A DNA stretch of 64,000 nucleotides from Escherichia phage phiE142. Shown piece after piece: positions 39,486 to 50,503 of this stretch. How positions within the stretch are numbered: position 1 is the stretch's first letter; every line of letters starts with the position of its first letter. Position numbers and translations under genes: made by a program. The notes beneath the pieces are model-generated. The model had not been told where the DNA came from, searched no databases, and saw only the letters and a list, made by a program, of their open reading frames with translations. The DNA lies in the sequence record NC_055709.1, one strand, 5' to 3'.

Positions 39486-41456
39486 ATGGCAAACACTCCT
39501 GTAAATTATCAGTTAGTCAGAACGGCGAATGCTATTCCCGAAATTTTTATCGGGGGCACATTTGCCGAAATTAAAACAAATATAATCGAATGGCTCAATG
39601 GACAGAACGAATTTCTTGATTATGATTTTGAAGGTTCACGTTTAAACGTATTGTGTGACCTTTTAGCATATAATACTCTTTATATCCAACAGTTCAGTAA
39701 TAGTGCAGTGTATGAAAGCTTTATGCGTACTGCTAACTTGCGCAGTTCCGTTGTACAAGCGGCTCAGGATAATGGATATCTGCCTGCATCTAAATCAGCA
39801 GCACAAACAGAAATTATGCTCACATGTACGGATGCATTAAATAGAAACTATATCACTATTCCGCGTGGTACTCGTTTCCTGGCGTATGCTAAAGGTACTT
39901 CTGTAAATCCATATAACTTTGTTTCCACCGAAGACGTCATTGTAGTTAAAGACAAAAATAATCAATATTTCCCACGTCTTAGGTTAGCTCAGGGACGTAT
40001 TGTTCGTACTGAATTAACATTTGATAAATTAAAACCTATCATTATTCGTGATAAGAACATTGACCGTAATTTGGTTAAATTGTATGTTGACGGAGCAGAA
40101 TGGATTAACTGGACTCGCAAATCGATGGTTCATGCTGGTTCTACTTCAACCATTTATTATATGCGAGAAACTGTTGACGGGAACACTGAATTTTATTTTG
40201 GTGAAGGTGAAATCTCTATTAACACGTCAGAAGGTGCTTTAACATCTAACTACATTGGCGGCCTTAAACCTGTCCAGGGTTCTAAAATCGTAATTGAATA
40301 TATTTCTACTAATGGTGCTGAAGCAAATGGTGCAGTAGGATTCTCTTATGCTGATACATTAGCTAATATCACAGTTATTGGAATTAATGAAAACCCAAGT
40401 AATAACCCTGACTTCGTTGGTGCTGATGGCGGTGGCGACCCTGAAGATATTGAACGTATCCGTGAATTAGGTACAATTAAACGCGAAACTCAACAACGAT
40501 GTGTGACTGCGACCGATTACGACACATTCGTCTCTGAACGATTTGGTTCTATTATTCAAGCGGTTCAGACATTTACGGATTCATCTAAGCCTGGGTACGC
40601 ATTTATTGCTGCTAAACCTAAGTCTGGGCTATATTTGACTTCCGTCCAACGAGACGATATTAAAAATTATCTTAATGAGTATAACTTAGGGACGATAACT
40701 CCTGTTGTTATTTCTCCTGATTATTTGTTTATTAAAATGAATATTCGCGTTACGTATGCATTGAACAAATTACAGGAATCTGAACAATGGTTAGAAGGCC
40801 AAATTATTAATAAAATCGACCGGTATTATATTGAAGACGTGGAAATTTTTAACTCGTCATTCGCAAAATCTAAAATGCTAACGTATGTAGATGACGCAGA
40901 TATTTCTATCATTGGTTCGTCTGCGACTATTCAAATGGTTCGCGAGGTACAGAACTTCTACAAAACACCTGAAACAGGTATTAAATACAATAACCAGATT
41001 AAAGATAGAACATTAGAATCTAACGTGTTTTCATTTGATAGTTTACGCGTTGACCCTGAAACGGAAGCTACTATTAAATACGACGTTCGCATTGTAGGTT
41101 CAGATAGAAATGACCGTGGCATTGGACAAGTTATTATTGGCCCGTTTGCAGATGGCGACGTTATAGAAAATGCTTATATTCAACCATATACTGGTGACGA
41201 TTTTAATAAACTTCATGTTACGGACGGAAGAAACAAATATTACTCTATAGGTGAAGTAAATTATCCGGCTGATTCAATTTATTGGAATATAGCTAAAATT
41301 GATTTAACTTCTGATAGGTTTGAAGTTCAAACTATTGAACTCTATTCAGACCCAGCTGATGATGTTATCTTTACTAAAGACGGGTCATTAATTGTATTTG
41401 AAAATGACTTACGTCCGCAATATTTAACCATAGATTTGGAGCCTATTTCACAATGA
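39486..41456 (+). CDS. 6: baseplate wedge subunit gp6
   Basis: MANTPVNYQLVRTANAIPEIF...; start at the Met matching the T4 N-terminus. Confidence 0.9.
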   Translation: MANTPVNYQLVRTANAIPEIFIGGTFAEIKTNIIEWLNGQNEFLDYDFEGSRLNVLCDLLAYNTLYIQQFSNSAVYESFMRTANLRSSVVQAAQDNGYLPASKSAAQTEIMLTCTDALNRNYITIPRGTRFLAYAKGTSVNPYNFVSTEDVIVVKDKNNQYFPRLRLAQGRIVRTELTFDKLKPIIIRDKNIDRNLVKLYVDGAEWINWTRKSMVHAGSTSTIYYMRETVDGNTEFYFGEGEISINTSEGALTSNYIGGLKPVQGSKIVIEYISTNGAEANGAVGFSYADTLANITVIGINENPSNNPDFVGADGGGDPEDIERIRELGTIKRETQQRCVTATDYDTFVSERFGSIIQAVQTFTDSSKPGYAFIAAKPKSGLYLTSVQRDDIKNYLNEYNLGTITPVVISPDYLFIKMNIRVTYALNKLQESEQWLEGQIINKIDRYYIEDVEIFNSSFAKSKMLTYVDDADISIIGSSATIQMVREVQNFYKTPETGIKYNNQIKDRTLESNVFSFDSLRVDPETEATIKYDVRIVGSDRNDRGIGQVIIGPFADGDVIENAYIQPYTGDDFNKLHVTDGRNKYYSIGEVNYPADSIYWNIAKIDLTSDRFEVQTIELYSDPADDVIFTKDGSLIVFENDLRPQYLTIDLEPISQ

Positions 41457-44400
41457 CAGTAAAAGCGCCAGCAGTCACGAGTCTCAGATTATCTAAATTG
41501 TCCGCAAACCAAGTTCAAATTCGCTGGGATGAGGTTGGCGCTAATTTCTACTATTTTGTGGAAATAGCTGAGACCAAAACAGCTAACGGGGAAGCAATTC
41601 CCCGTAATAGCTATAGATGGACTAATTTAGGATATACCGCTGATAACAATTTCTTTGAGTCTGGTTTAAATTCATTAACAACATATATGATGCGTGTGGC
41701 TACAGCAGCGGAGGGATTTGAGCAGTCTGATTGGAGATACACTGAAGAGTTTGAAACATTTGAAATAAACGCTTACACATTCCAACATATGATTGAAATG
41801 CAATTAGCTAACGAGTTTATTTCTGAAAAATTTACAAAAAATAATACAAACTACGTTGATTTTAATAATGACACGATCATGGCAGCACTGATGAGCGAGT
41901 CGTTCCAATTCAGTCCTGCATACACCGATGTGTCATCGATTAGAAATTTTATAATTGGTGAAAATCAGTATCATGAAATCCAGGGGCATATCCAGGATGT
42001 ATGTAAAGATATAAATCGAGTATATCTAATGGAATCTGAAGGAATTCTTTACCTTTTTGAAAGATTCCAACCTATTGTAAAAGTGTCTAATGATAAAGGC
42101 CAAACATGGAAAGCGGTTAAATTGCTTAATGACCGTGTAGGATATCCACTTTCACGAACCGTATATTACCAATCAGAATATACGACGTATTTGCTCGGCT
42201 ATGATAAGATTTTTTACGGGCGTAAATCATCCGATATTCGTTGGTCTGCTGATGATGTTCGTTTCAGTTCACAAGACGTAACATTTGCTAAAATCTGGGA
42301 TCAATTAAATTTAGGTTTTGATGTAGAGATTTTCGGTACATACGCGTCATTACCAGGAAACGTATCACGTATTGCAGAAGCTATTACTTGTAATGATGAC
42401 TATGTTTATATTGCGGCCAGAGATAAAGTTCGCTTCGTTAAAACCAGTAACGCTCCTATTGATTCAGATCCATTATCTCCGACCTATTCCGAACGGTTGT
42501 TTGAACCTGAGACGTTTACAATAACAGGCAACCCTAAAGCAGTTTGTTATAAAATGGATTCTGTTGGTGGAAGAATATTCGCTCTTATTATTGGTGAAGT
42601 TGAAAACGTTAATGACGACCCAAGAACAAAGCCTATTTTGGATTCCGTTGATAAAGGTGTATACGTTTTAGACCATGACGCTGGAACATTTAAAAGGATA
42701 TTTGGTAATACCGAAGAAGAACGCCGTCGTATAGAACCGGCTTTCACCAATATGTCTACTGATGGTGTTGAGCTTTATATCTCTTCTAGTAATTTTAAAT
42801 TTTTAGAATCTGATATTGTTGACGACCCAGAAACGCAATCTAAGTACGGACTTTTGGGAGCAGTTAAGTATGAATATCCTAGAGAATGGCTCGCAGATAA
42901 ACATTACCATATGATGATTTTCGCATCAAACGAAGAAAGTAATTGGGAAACTTTTTCACCAACTCCTATGCAGTATTATGCAGAACCTTTCTTTAGTTAT
43001 TCTAGAAAATCAGGCACACGTTCTTGGATTAATAACTCTGATAGAGCGGTAGTGATTTATTCTGATTTGCTTTACACAAAGGTAGTGGAAAGCTACCCTA
43101 GCACTTCACCTGATCGTAAAGTTCACGAATACTGGAATGACGGCGATTGTAAGATTGTTATGCCGAATATAGAATTCACTGGATTTAAAAAATACGCATC
43201 TGGTATGTTGTTTTATAAATCATCAGGTGAAATAATTTCATATTACGATTTTAGTTATCGTGTTAGAAATAACGTTTCTATAATTTGGAAGCCCACTAAC
43301 GTATTTTTGACCGCCTCATTACAAAACCAAGAAAAAGAAACTTCTTGGGTTCCTGTTGAAGAGACAGGTCTAGCTGACCCGGATTTACGCCCATTACTCA
43401 CTACAATGATGCCAGAGTCTTATCTGTTGGATAATACAAACTTTGAAGCATTTTGTGAAGCGTATATTCAATATCTTTCTGATGGATATGGGACTCATTA
43501 TAATAACTTATTGAATTTGATTAAAAATAAATACCCACGAGAAGAACACGCATGGGAATATCTTTGGTCTGAAATTTATAAACGGAACATTTATTTGAAT
43601 GCTGAGAAACGTGATTTAGTTTCTAGGTTCTTTGAGTCCAGAAGTTATGATTTTTATTCTACTAAAGGAACTGAAGCATCGTATAAGTTTTTGTTTAAAG
43701 TTCTTTATAACGAAGACGTTGAAGTAGAAATCGAGTCATCTGCTGGAACAGAGTATGATATCATAATTCAATCTGATTCTATAAGTGAAGATTTGGTTGG
43801 ACAAACTATATACACCGCTACAGGTAGATGTAATGTTACATATTTAGAAAGAAGCTATTCTAAAGGTAAATTACAATGGACTGTGACTATTCATAACCTT
43901 TTAGGTAGGCTTTTAGTCGGTCAAGAAGTAAAAGCCGAAAGACTAGCAGATTTTGAAGGTGAAATAGTTCGCGGTATTAAAGGTAAAGAACTTGCCCAAA
44001 ACACTATCGATTATTTTAATCGTGGTAGAGCTTATTACGTCATGAAAATAAAGTCAAATCTTCCATCCTCTCGTTGGAAATCTGACGTACTACGTTTTGT
44101 ACATCCGGTAGGATTTGGATTTATTGCAATAACCTTATTAACAATGTTTATTAATACAGGATTAACGCTTAAACATGTTGAAACTATTATTAATAAATAT
44201 AAAAATTATAAGTGGGATTCCGGACTGCCTACGGAATATGCAGACCGCGTCGCTCGTTTAGACCCTCAAGGTAATGTAGAATTCAATCCTGTTACAGGTG
44301 AAGTAATTTATGATGCTGGTCCTTATGCCGGTATCGAATACCCTTTACCTGCAAATTATAATGAAGAAAATGATAACTCTATTTTCCAAGGACAATTACC

Positions 44401-44551
44401 GTCCGAACGACGCAAGCCGATGAGCCCATTATTTGATGCATCAGGTACAACGTTCTCTAGATTTAGAGAGCTTGTTAATGAAAGATTGTTAGATAACGTG
44501 GGAAATCCTAGAGACCCGATTAATCCACCACAGGTTAAATTAGATGAATGA
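41453..44551 (+). CDS. 7: baseplate wedge initiator gp7
   Basis: 1032 aa, same length as T4 gp7; overlapping start/stop with gene 6. Confidence 0.9.
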   Translation: MTVKAPAVTSLRLSKLSANQVQIRWDEVGANFYYFVEIAETKTANGEAIPRNSYRWTNLGYTADNNFFESGLNSLTTYMMRVATAAEGFEQSDWRYTEEFETFEINAYTFQHMIEMQLANEFISEKFTKNNTNYVDFNNDTIMAALMSESFQFSPAYTDVSSIRNFIIGENQYHEIQGHIQDVCKDINRVYLMESEGILYLFERFQPIVKVSNDKGQTWKAVKLLNDRVGYPLSRTVYYQSEYTTYLLGYDKIFYGRKSSDIRWSADDVRFSSQDVTFAKIWDQLNLGFDVEIFGTYASLPGNVSRIAEAITCNDDYVYIAARDKVRFVKTSNAPIDSDPLSPTYSERLFEPETFTITGNPKAVCYKMDSVGGRIFALIIGEVENVNDDPRTKPILDSVDKGVYVLDHDAGTFKRIFGNTEEERRRIEPAFTNMSTDGVELYISSSNFKFLESDIVDDPETQSKYGLLGAVKYEYPREWLADKHYHMMIFASNEESNWETFSPTPMQYYAEPFFSYSRKSGTRSWINNSDRAVVIYSDLLYTKVVESYPSTSPDRKVHEYWNDGDCKIVMPNIEFTGFKKYASGMLFYKSSGEIISYYDFSYRVRNNVSIIWKPTNVFLTASLQNQEKETSWVPVEETGLADPDLRPLLTTMMPESYLLDNTNFEAFCEAYIQYLSDGYGTHYNNLLNLIKNKYPREEHAWEYLWSEIYKRNIYLNAEKRDLVSRFFESRSYDFYSTKGTEASYKFLFKVLYNEDVEVEIESSAGTEYDIIIQSDSISEDLVGQTIYTATGRCNVTYLERSYSKGKLQWTVTIHNLLGRLLVGQEVKAERLADFEGEIVRGIKGKELAQNTIDYFNRGRAYYVMKIKSNLPSSRWKSDVLRFVHPVGFGFIAITLLTMFINTGLTLKHVETIINKYKNYKWDSGLPTEYADRVARLDPQGNVEFNPVTGEVIYDAGPYAGIEYPLPANYNEENDNSIFQGQLPSERRKPMSPLFDASGTTFSRFRELVNERLLDNVGNPRDPINPPQVKLDE

Positions 44552-45548
44552 TTCAAGTGTTGTCTATCGTGCGATAGTTACTTCAAAATTTAGAACTGAA
44601 AAAATGTTGAATTTCTACAATTCAATAGGTGATGGTGATAATAAAAACACCATCTTTATAACGTTTGGTCGGTCTGAACCATGGGCTGCTAATGAAAATG
44701 AGGTGGGCTTCGCCCCACCGTATCCAACAGACTCGGTTTTAGGTGTAACAGATATGTGGACTAACATGATGGGTTTAGTTAAAGTTATCCCATCTATGTT
44801 AGACTCTGTTATTCCTAGACGTGACTGGGGAGATATTCGTTATCCGGACCCTTATACATTCAAAATAAATGATATAGTCGTATGTAATACAGCCCCATAT
44901 AATGCCACTGAAGTCGGAGCTGGATGGTTAGTATACCGTTGCGTAGATGTTCCTGATGTTGGGATGTGTTCTATTGAGTCTCTCGACAACAAAGAAGAAT
45001 GTCTTAAATTAGGCGGTAAATGGACTCCATCTGTTAGGTCTTTAACCCCTCCTGAAGGCCGTGGAGACGCTGAAGGGATTATCGAAGTTGGTGATGGATA
45101 TATATGGGAGTATCTTTATGAGATTCCACCCGATGTGTCTATAAACCGATGTACTAATGAATATATAGTCGTTCCATGGCCGGAAGAAGTTAAAGAAGAC
45201 CCTGCTCGTTGGGGATATGAAAACAATCTAACCTGGCAACAAGATGATTTTGGCCTTGTGTATAGAGTTAAAGCAAACATAATTCGTTTTAAAGCCTATT
45301 TAGACTCAGTTTATTTCCCTAATGCAGCACTGCCTGGTAATAAAGGATTTAGACAAATTTCTATTATCACAAACCCGTTGGAAGCTAAACTCCGTCCTAA
45401 TGACCCTAATATAAAAGCTGAAAAGGATTATTATGACCCCAGAGATTTACAGCGTCATTCCGGTGAAATGATTTATATGGAAAACCGTCCACCTATTATT
45501 ATGGCAATGGACCAAACCGAAGAGATCAATATTTTGTTTATGTTCTAA
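44544..45548 (+). CDS. 8: baseplate wedge subunit gp8
   Basis: 334 aa as in T4. Confidence 0.9.
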   Translation: MNDSSVVYRAIVTSKFRTEKMLNFYNSIGDGDNKNTIFITFGRSEPWAANENEVGFAPPYPTDSVLGVTDMWTNMMGLVKVIPSMLDSVIPRRDWGDIRYPDPYTFKINDIVVCNTAPYNATEVGAGWLVYRCVDVPDVGMCSIESLDNKEECLKLGGKWTPSVRSLTPPEGRGDAEGIIEVGDGYIWEYLYEIPPDVSINRCTNEYIVVPWPEEVKEDPARWGYENNLTWQQDDFGLVYRVKANIIRFKAYLDSVYFPNAALPGNKGFRQISIITNPLEAKLRPNDPNIKAEKDYYDPRDLQRHSGEMIYMENRPPIIMAMDQTEEINILFMF

Positions 45549-45552
45549 TTTA

Positions 45553-45573
45553 GGGAGACTTCGGTCTCCCTTT
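45553..45573 (+). terminator. stem-loop after gene 8
   Basis: gggagac-ttcg-gtctccc followed by TTT. Confidence 0.45.
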
Positions 45574-45577
45574 CGTG

Positions 45578-45585
45578 TATAAATA
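45578..45585 (+). promoter_or_regulatory. late promoter TATAAATA for gene 9
   Basis: 26 nt upstream of the gene 9 ATG. Confidence 0.55.
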
Positions 45586-45610
45586 GTATAAACTATTAAG
45601 GATTAGCCAC

Positions 45611-46474
45611 ATGTATATTCAAACTCCAAAACAATTGATTGACGTTGGCGAAATTGGTACCGCTTCTACAGGCGATATCCTTTTTGACGGCGGTGTTAAA
45701 ATAAACAATGATATAAATGCTATTTACAATGCGTTTGGCGACCAACGAAAAATGGCAACTGCTAATGGGACAGGACCAAATGGACAAATAATCCATGCTA
45801 CTGGATACTACCAAAAAGGAGGTCCTACTGATTATTTCACCCCTGTTCCAGTAGGAAGTAGACACGACATAGATGCTTCTACTGGTGGTGTTATTGTTAC
45901 TGTTGCTAGAGGTGAACTCGGTGATTCCGTGGAATTTATAAATTCAAACGGGTCAATTTCGGTAAACAACCCATTAAGTATCCAAGCATTAGATTCTATT
46001 AAAGGTGTTGCAGGTAATTTAGTTATAACTACACCTTATACTAAAGTTACTCTTCGTTGTATTTCTTCTGGTACAGGCGGTTCAATATGGGATTATTCTA
46101 CAGAAAGTATGTTTAGTCATACCGAAATTCCTGTAGACGGGACATGGAATATTATTTCAGACTATATCAATATTCCTCTATTTTATAAAACTGAATATAA
46201 TGCTGCTAAACTTTTGGTTACATGCCAATCTGCCAACGGCAGAAAAATTAAATCATGCGAAATAAATATTCTAATAGATACAATTAATTCAAGAGTTATT
46301 TCAACCGAATACGCAGTGATGCGCATTGGTAATGATAACGAAGAAGATGAAATTGCGAATATTAGTTTTTCGATAATTAACAATTTTGCCACTATGACAG
46401 TTTCTTCACATATAAATGGTCTTCGAGTGGCAGCTAAAGTTATTTCAACTCAGAAAATTAGGGTCGCTCAATAA
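45611..46474 (+). CDS. 9: baseplate wedge / long tail-fibre socket gp9
   Basis: 287 aa in conserved position. Confidence 0.85.
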   Translation: MYIQTPKQLIDVGEIGTASTGDILFDGGVKINNDINAIYNAFGDQRKMATANGTGPNGQIIHATGYYQKGGPTDYFTPVPVGSRHDIDASTGGVIVTVARGELGDSVEFINSNGSISVNNPLSIQALDSIKGVAGNLVITTPYTKVTLRCISSGTGGSIWDYSTESMFSHTEIPVDGTWNIISDYINIPLFYKTEYNAAKLLVTCQSANGRKIKSCEINILIDTINSRVISTEYAVMRIGNDNEEDEIANISFSIINNFATMTVSSHINGLRVAAKVISTQKIRVAQ

Positions 46475-48288
46475 TGAAACAAAATATTAAAATTGGGAAC
46501 GTCGTTGATGACGGACAAGGCGATTACCTTCGTCGTGGTGGTGCAAAAATTAATGAAAACTTTGATGAGTTGTATTATGAATTAGGCGATGGCGAAGTTC
46601 CATATTCCGCTGGTGCCTGGAAAACATACCATTCTTCAGATGGACTTAATTTAGCTGCTGAATGGGGTAAATCATACGCAATTGATACTTCAACAGGGCG
46701 TGTTTCTATAAATTTACCTAAAGGAACAGTGGAAGATTATAATAAAGTAATTAGAGCCCGTGATGTATTCGCCACGTGGAATATTAACCCTGTAACATTA
46801 ATTGCTGCCAGCGGTGATACTATTAAAGGTTCTTCCAGCCCAGTAGAAATCAATGTGCAGTTTTCAGACTTAGAATTAGTTTACTGTTCTCCTGGGCGCT
46901 GGGAATACGTTAAAAATAAACAAATAGACAAAATTACTAGTTCTGATATTAGTAGTGTAGCTCGTAAAGAATTTTTAGTCGAAGTTCAAGGTCAAACTGA
47001 TTTTCTTGATGTATTTGGGCCTGTTTCTTATAATGTGAATAATATCCGTGTAAAACATCGTGGTAACGAATTATACTACGGTGATGCGTTCAGTGACAAT
47101 AGTGACTTTGGTTCACCAGGAGCTAATCCTGGTGAAATCGTTGCATTAGATGGTAAAAACATCCGTCTAAGACAACCGTGTAATATCGGCGACACCGTAC
47201 AAATTGAAACCTTTTTGGATGGGATTACACAATTACGCAGTTCTTATTCTCGCCGCCAAATACGTATTTTAGATTCGAAATTAACAACCCGTCCTTCCTT
47301 AGAAGGAAGTGTATATGTCGCTGATTTGTCAACTTTGAAATCTATTCCTTTTTCCGCATTTGGAGTTAATCCTTCAGAACCGGTCAATACCAATTCTTTA
47401 GAAGTTCGTTTTAACGGTATTCTTCAAGAATTAGCTGGTACTGTTGGTTTACCTATGTTCAGATGTGAAGGAGCTGACGCAGAAACTTCTACTGAGTGTT
47501 CAGCTTTAGGTGGGACTTGGGTTACATCTAACACAGATTATTCTATTGAATATGATGATAACGATGCAACTATCGCACGTGCTTTAGTCTTTGACCGTAA
47601 GTTTGAAGACCAAGACATTATTGATATTACATGGTTTAATAACGATTTAGGCACTTTATTAAGTATCGATGACATTTTAGATACAACTGATGAAAGGTAT
47701 GTCGCACAAGGTGCAACCGTAAATGTGACAGGCGATGTGGCTTTGACCGATTTCAATAATATCGGATGGCCTAATGTAGAATCTGTTCCTGCATATAGCA
47801 GGGAATTCTCGTCTATTGCAAATATTTTTAACACCATTTACCCTGTCGGTACTATTTACGAAAATGCAGTGAACCCTAATAACCCAGCCACGTATTTAGG
47901 ATTTGGCTCTTGGAAATTATGGGGGCAAGGAAAAGTATTAGTTGGATGGAACGACGATATTAGCGATCCTAATTTTGCATTAAATAATAACGACCTTGAT
48001 TCTAGCGGGAATCCTACACATACCGCCGGTGGAACAGTCGGAACAACGTCTAACACACTAACTAATTCTGATTTACCTCCTACTCAAACTGACGAGAAAG
48101 TTCTTATTTCCGATGAGAACGGTACAATTATTATTGGTGGTTGTCAATACGACCCTGATGCAGAAGGTCCTATATACACCAAATACCGTGAAGGCCACGC
48201 CACAACGAATAGTACACACATACCGCCTCAAGCCGTAAATAATATTCAACCGTCAGTTACCGTATACCGTTGGGTAAGGATTGCATAA
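46474..48288 (+). CDS. 10: baseplate wedge subunit gp10
   Basis: 604 aa (T4 about 602). Confidence 0.9.
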   Translation: MKQNIKIGNVVDDGQGDYLRRGGAKINENFDELYYELGDGEVPYSAGAWKTYHSSDGLNLAAEWGKSYAIDTSTGRVSINLPKGTVEDYNKVIRARDVFATWNINPVTLIAASGDTIKGSSSPVEINVQFSDLELVYCSPGRWEYVKNKQIDKITSSDISSVARKEFLVEVQGQTDFLDVFGPVSYNVNNIRVKHRGNELYYGDAFSDNSDFGSPGANPGEIVALDGKNIRLRQPCNIGDTVQIETFLDGITQLRSSYSRRQIRILDSKLTTRPSLEGSVYVADLSTLKSIPFSAFGVNPSEPVNTNSLEVRFNGILQELAGTVGLPMFRCEGADAETSTECSALGGTWVTSNTDYSIEYDDNDATIARALVFDRKFEDQDIIDITWFNNDLGTLLSIDDILDTTDERYVAQGATVNVTGDVALTDFNNIGWPNVESVPAYSREFSSIANIFNTIYPVGTIYENAVNPNNPATYLGFGSWKLWGQGKVLVGWNDDISDPNFALNNNDLDSSGNPTHTAGGTVGTTSNTLTNSDLPPTQTDEKVLISDENGTIIIGGCQYDPDAEGPIYTKYREGHATTNSTHIPPQAVNNIQPSVTVYRWVRIA

Positions 48289-48947
48289 TGACCATACTTA
48301 ATACTAAAGCGGGAGTAATATCCCGCGAAGCAGATTTTTTAGGATTTAGAAAAAATCCTACTCAAATTGATATTTTAAACAACCAAGGCGTAGGTTCTGT
48401 AACTATTTCTCAATTGGCAAAAGGATTCTACGACGATAACGTAGAATCTGCAATAAACGATGTTCATAATATTGCTAGAGCAGATGTAGGAACAGTTACA
48501 ATTAACACCTCAGGTGTATCTCCTGAAGGAACTTCACAGGTAGATTATTGGTCCTTTAGTGGAAGTGTAACTGACCCTAGTTTGCCCGATGGAAGCCCTG
48601 TTATTGTAAAAGTTTACGGGCTTCCTGTTAATGCTACTGTAGGTATGACAGCCGACGAATTTGTTGTACAATTACGTACTACTCTCCGGAATGCGATTTC
48701 CGACCAAATGGCTATTGCAGAGTATAAAGATGACCCTACTGTTGGGACTAAATTACAAATAACATATTTAGATAACCAAAGACACGTACTCCCAACGTAT
48801 TCCTCTTATGGTATCACGGTTTCTCAAGAAATAGTGTCTCAGGCTAAGTCCGGGTACGGCACTTGGAATTTACTAGGTGCGCAAACCATTACTCTTGACA
48901 ACCATATTTCACCTACAACCTTTTATTATTTTGTGAGAACCGCATGA
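48288..48947 (+). CDS. 11: baseplate wedge subunit gp11
   Basis: 219 aa from the TAATG overlap start; [11 protein letters not shown]...[12 protein letters not shown] matches T4 gp11. Confidence 0.9.
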   Translation: MTILNTKAGVISREADFLGFRKNPTQIDILNNQGVGSVTISQLAKGFYDDNVESAINDVHNIARADVGTVTINTSGVSPEGTSQVDYWSFSGSVTDPSLPDGSPVIVKVYGLPVNATVGMTADEFVVQLRTTLRNAISDQMAIAEYKDDPTVGTKLQITYLDNQRHVLPTYSSYGITVSQEIVSQAKSGYGTWNLLGAQTITLDNHISPTTFYYFVRTA

Positions 48948-50494
48948 GTAACAATACATATCAACACGTTTCGAATGAATCGGTATATGTTGAATTTGAC
49001 CCGGTAGGGTCAAATTTTGATAGTTCAATAACCAATGTCCAGGCAGCCTTAGCCTCAATTAGCGCATATGGTGTTAAAGGTGTTCCGGACGCAAGCGAAG
49101 CAGAAAAAGGTGTAATTCAATTAGCGACAGAACAAGAAGTTCTTGATGGATTTAATAGTACTAAAGCCGTTACACCAGCCACATTAAATGCAAGACTTCA
49201 GTATCCGAACGCGTCAGAAACACAATACGGTGTAACTAAATATGCAACACAAGAGGAAGCCATTGCCGGCACTTTAGACACTGTTTCTATTACTCCACTT
49301 AAATTAAACCAAACTATTGATAACACGTTCTCTACTCGTTATTCCACCGAAACAACTAACGGTGTTATTAAAATTGCAACTCAAACCGCTGCACTTGCCG
49401 GGTCTGATGATACCACGGCAATGACACCGCTTAAAACTCAGCAATTAGCAATAAAATTAATTTCTCAAATAGCTCCTAATAACGACCCGGCTTCAGAATC
49501 TATTACTGGTGTTGTGCGTTTAGCTACGGTGGCTCAAACACGTCAAGGAACTCTTCGCGAAGGATATGCAATTTCCCCATATACCTTTATGAATTCTGTT
49601 GCAACACAAGAATATAAAGGTGTTATACGTCTAGGAACACAAACGGAAATTAATAGTAATTTAGGAGATGTTGCTGTAACAGGTGAAACGCTAAATGGTA
49701 GAGGAGCTACCGGTTCTATGCGTGGAGTCGTAAAATTAACGACGCAGGCCGGTGTTGCACCCGAAGGCGATAGTTCTGGAGCATTAGCATGGAACGCAGA
49801 TGTAATTAATACACGCGGTGGGCAAACTATTAATGGTTCTTTAAATTTAGACCATCTCACGGCAAATGGAATTTGGTCACGTGGTGGAATGTGGAAAAAC
49901 GGTGACCAGCCGGTTGCAACAGAGCGATATGCATCTGAACGTGTTCCTGTTGGAACAATTCAAATGTTCGCAGGTGATAGCGCTCCTCCAGGTTGGGTTT
50001 TATGTCATGGCGGGACCGTTTCTGGGAACCAATTTCCAGACTATCGAAATGTGGTTGGAACGAGATTTGGCGGTGATTGGAATAATCCTGGAATTCCAGA
50101 CATGCGCGGTCTTTTTGTTAGAGGAGCTGGTACAGGCAGCCATATTTTAAATAATCGCGGTCAAGATGGCTATGGAAAGGATAGATTAGGTGTAGGATGT
50201 GACGGTATGCATGTTGGTGGTGTCCAAGCACAGCAAATGTCATATCATAAACACGCTGGTGGATGGGGCGAATATCAACGTCATGAGGCACCATTCGGAG
50301 CATCCGTATATCAAGGTTATTTGGGTACTAGAAAATACGCTGATTGGGATAACGCATCATATTTCACAAATGACGGCTTCGAATTAGGTGGTCACCGCGA
50401 CGCAACAGGCACTCTTAACCGTGAAGGACTTATCGGATATGAGACTCGTCCATGGAATATATCTTTAAATTATATTATTAAAGTCCATTACTAA
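48944..50494 (+). CDS. 12: short tail fibre gp12
   Basis: 516 aa; repetitive central region and receptor-binding C-terminus; 21 nt longer than copy 2. Confidence 0.9.
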   Translation: MSNNTYQHVSNESVYVEFDPVGSNFDSSITNVQAALASISAYGVKGVPDASEAEKGVIQLATEQEVLDGFNSTKAVTPATLNARLQYPNASETQYGVTKYATQEEAIAGTLDTVSITPLKLNQTIDNTFSTRYSTETTNGVIKIATQTAALAGSDDTTAMTPLKTQQLAIKLISQIAPNNDPASESITGVVRLATVAQTRQGTLREGYAISPYTFMNSVATQEYKGVIRLGTQTEINSNLGDVAVTGETLNGRGATGSMRGVVKLTTQAGVAPEGDSSGALAWNADVINTRGGQTINGSLNLDHLTANGIWSRGGMWKNGDQPVATERYASERVPVGTIQMFAGDSAPPGWVLCHGGTVSGNQFPDYRNVVGTRFGGDWNNPGIPDMRGLFVRGAGTGSHILNNRGQDGYGKDRLGVGCDGMHVGGVQAQQMSYHKHAGGWGEYQRHEAPFGASVYQGYLGTRKYADWDNASYFTNDGFELGGHRDATGTLNREGLIGYETRPWNISLNYIIKVHY

Positions 50495-50503
50495 GGGTAA
50501 AAA

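Larger units (their letters stand above)
39378..50459 (+). repeat. direct repeat copy 1 (about 11.1 kb; 5.4 3' end through gene 12)
   Basis: identical to 52893-63974 at +13515 offset, judged from identical ORF translations and matching flanks. Confidence 0.85.

Noticed and set aside
42547-50387. Short ORFs inside or antisense to genes 7, 9, 10 and 12 (and their duplicates in copy 2)
   Set aside because: Nested in conserved baseplate genes; typical six-frame noise.
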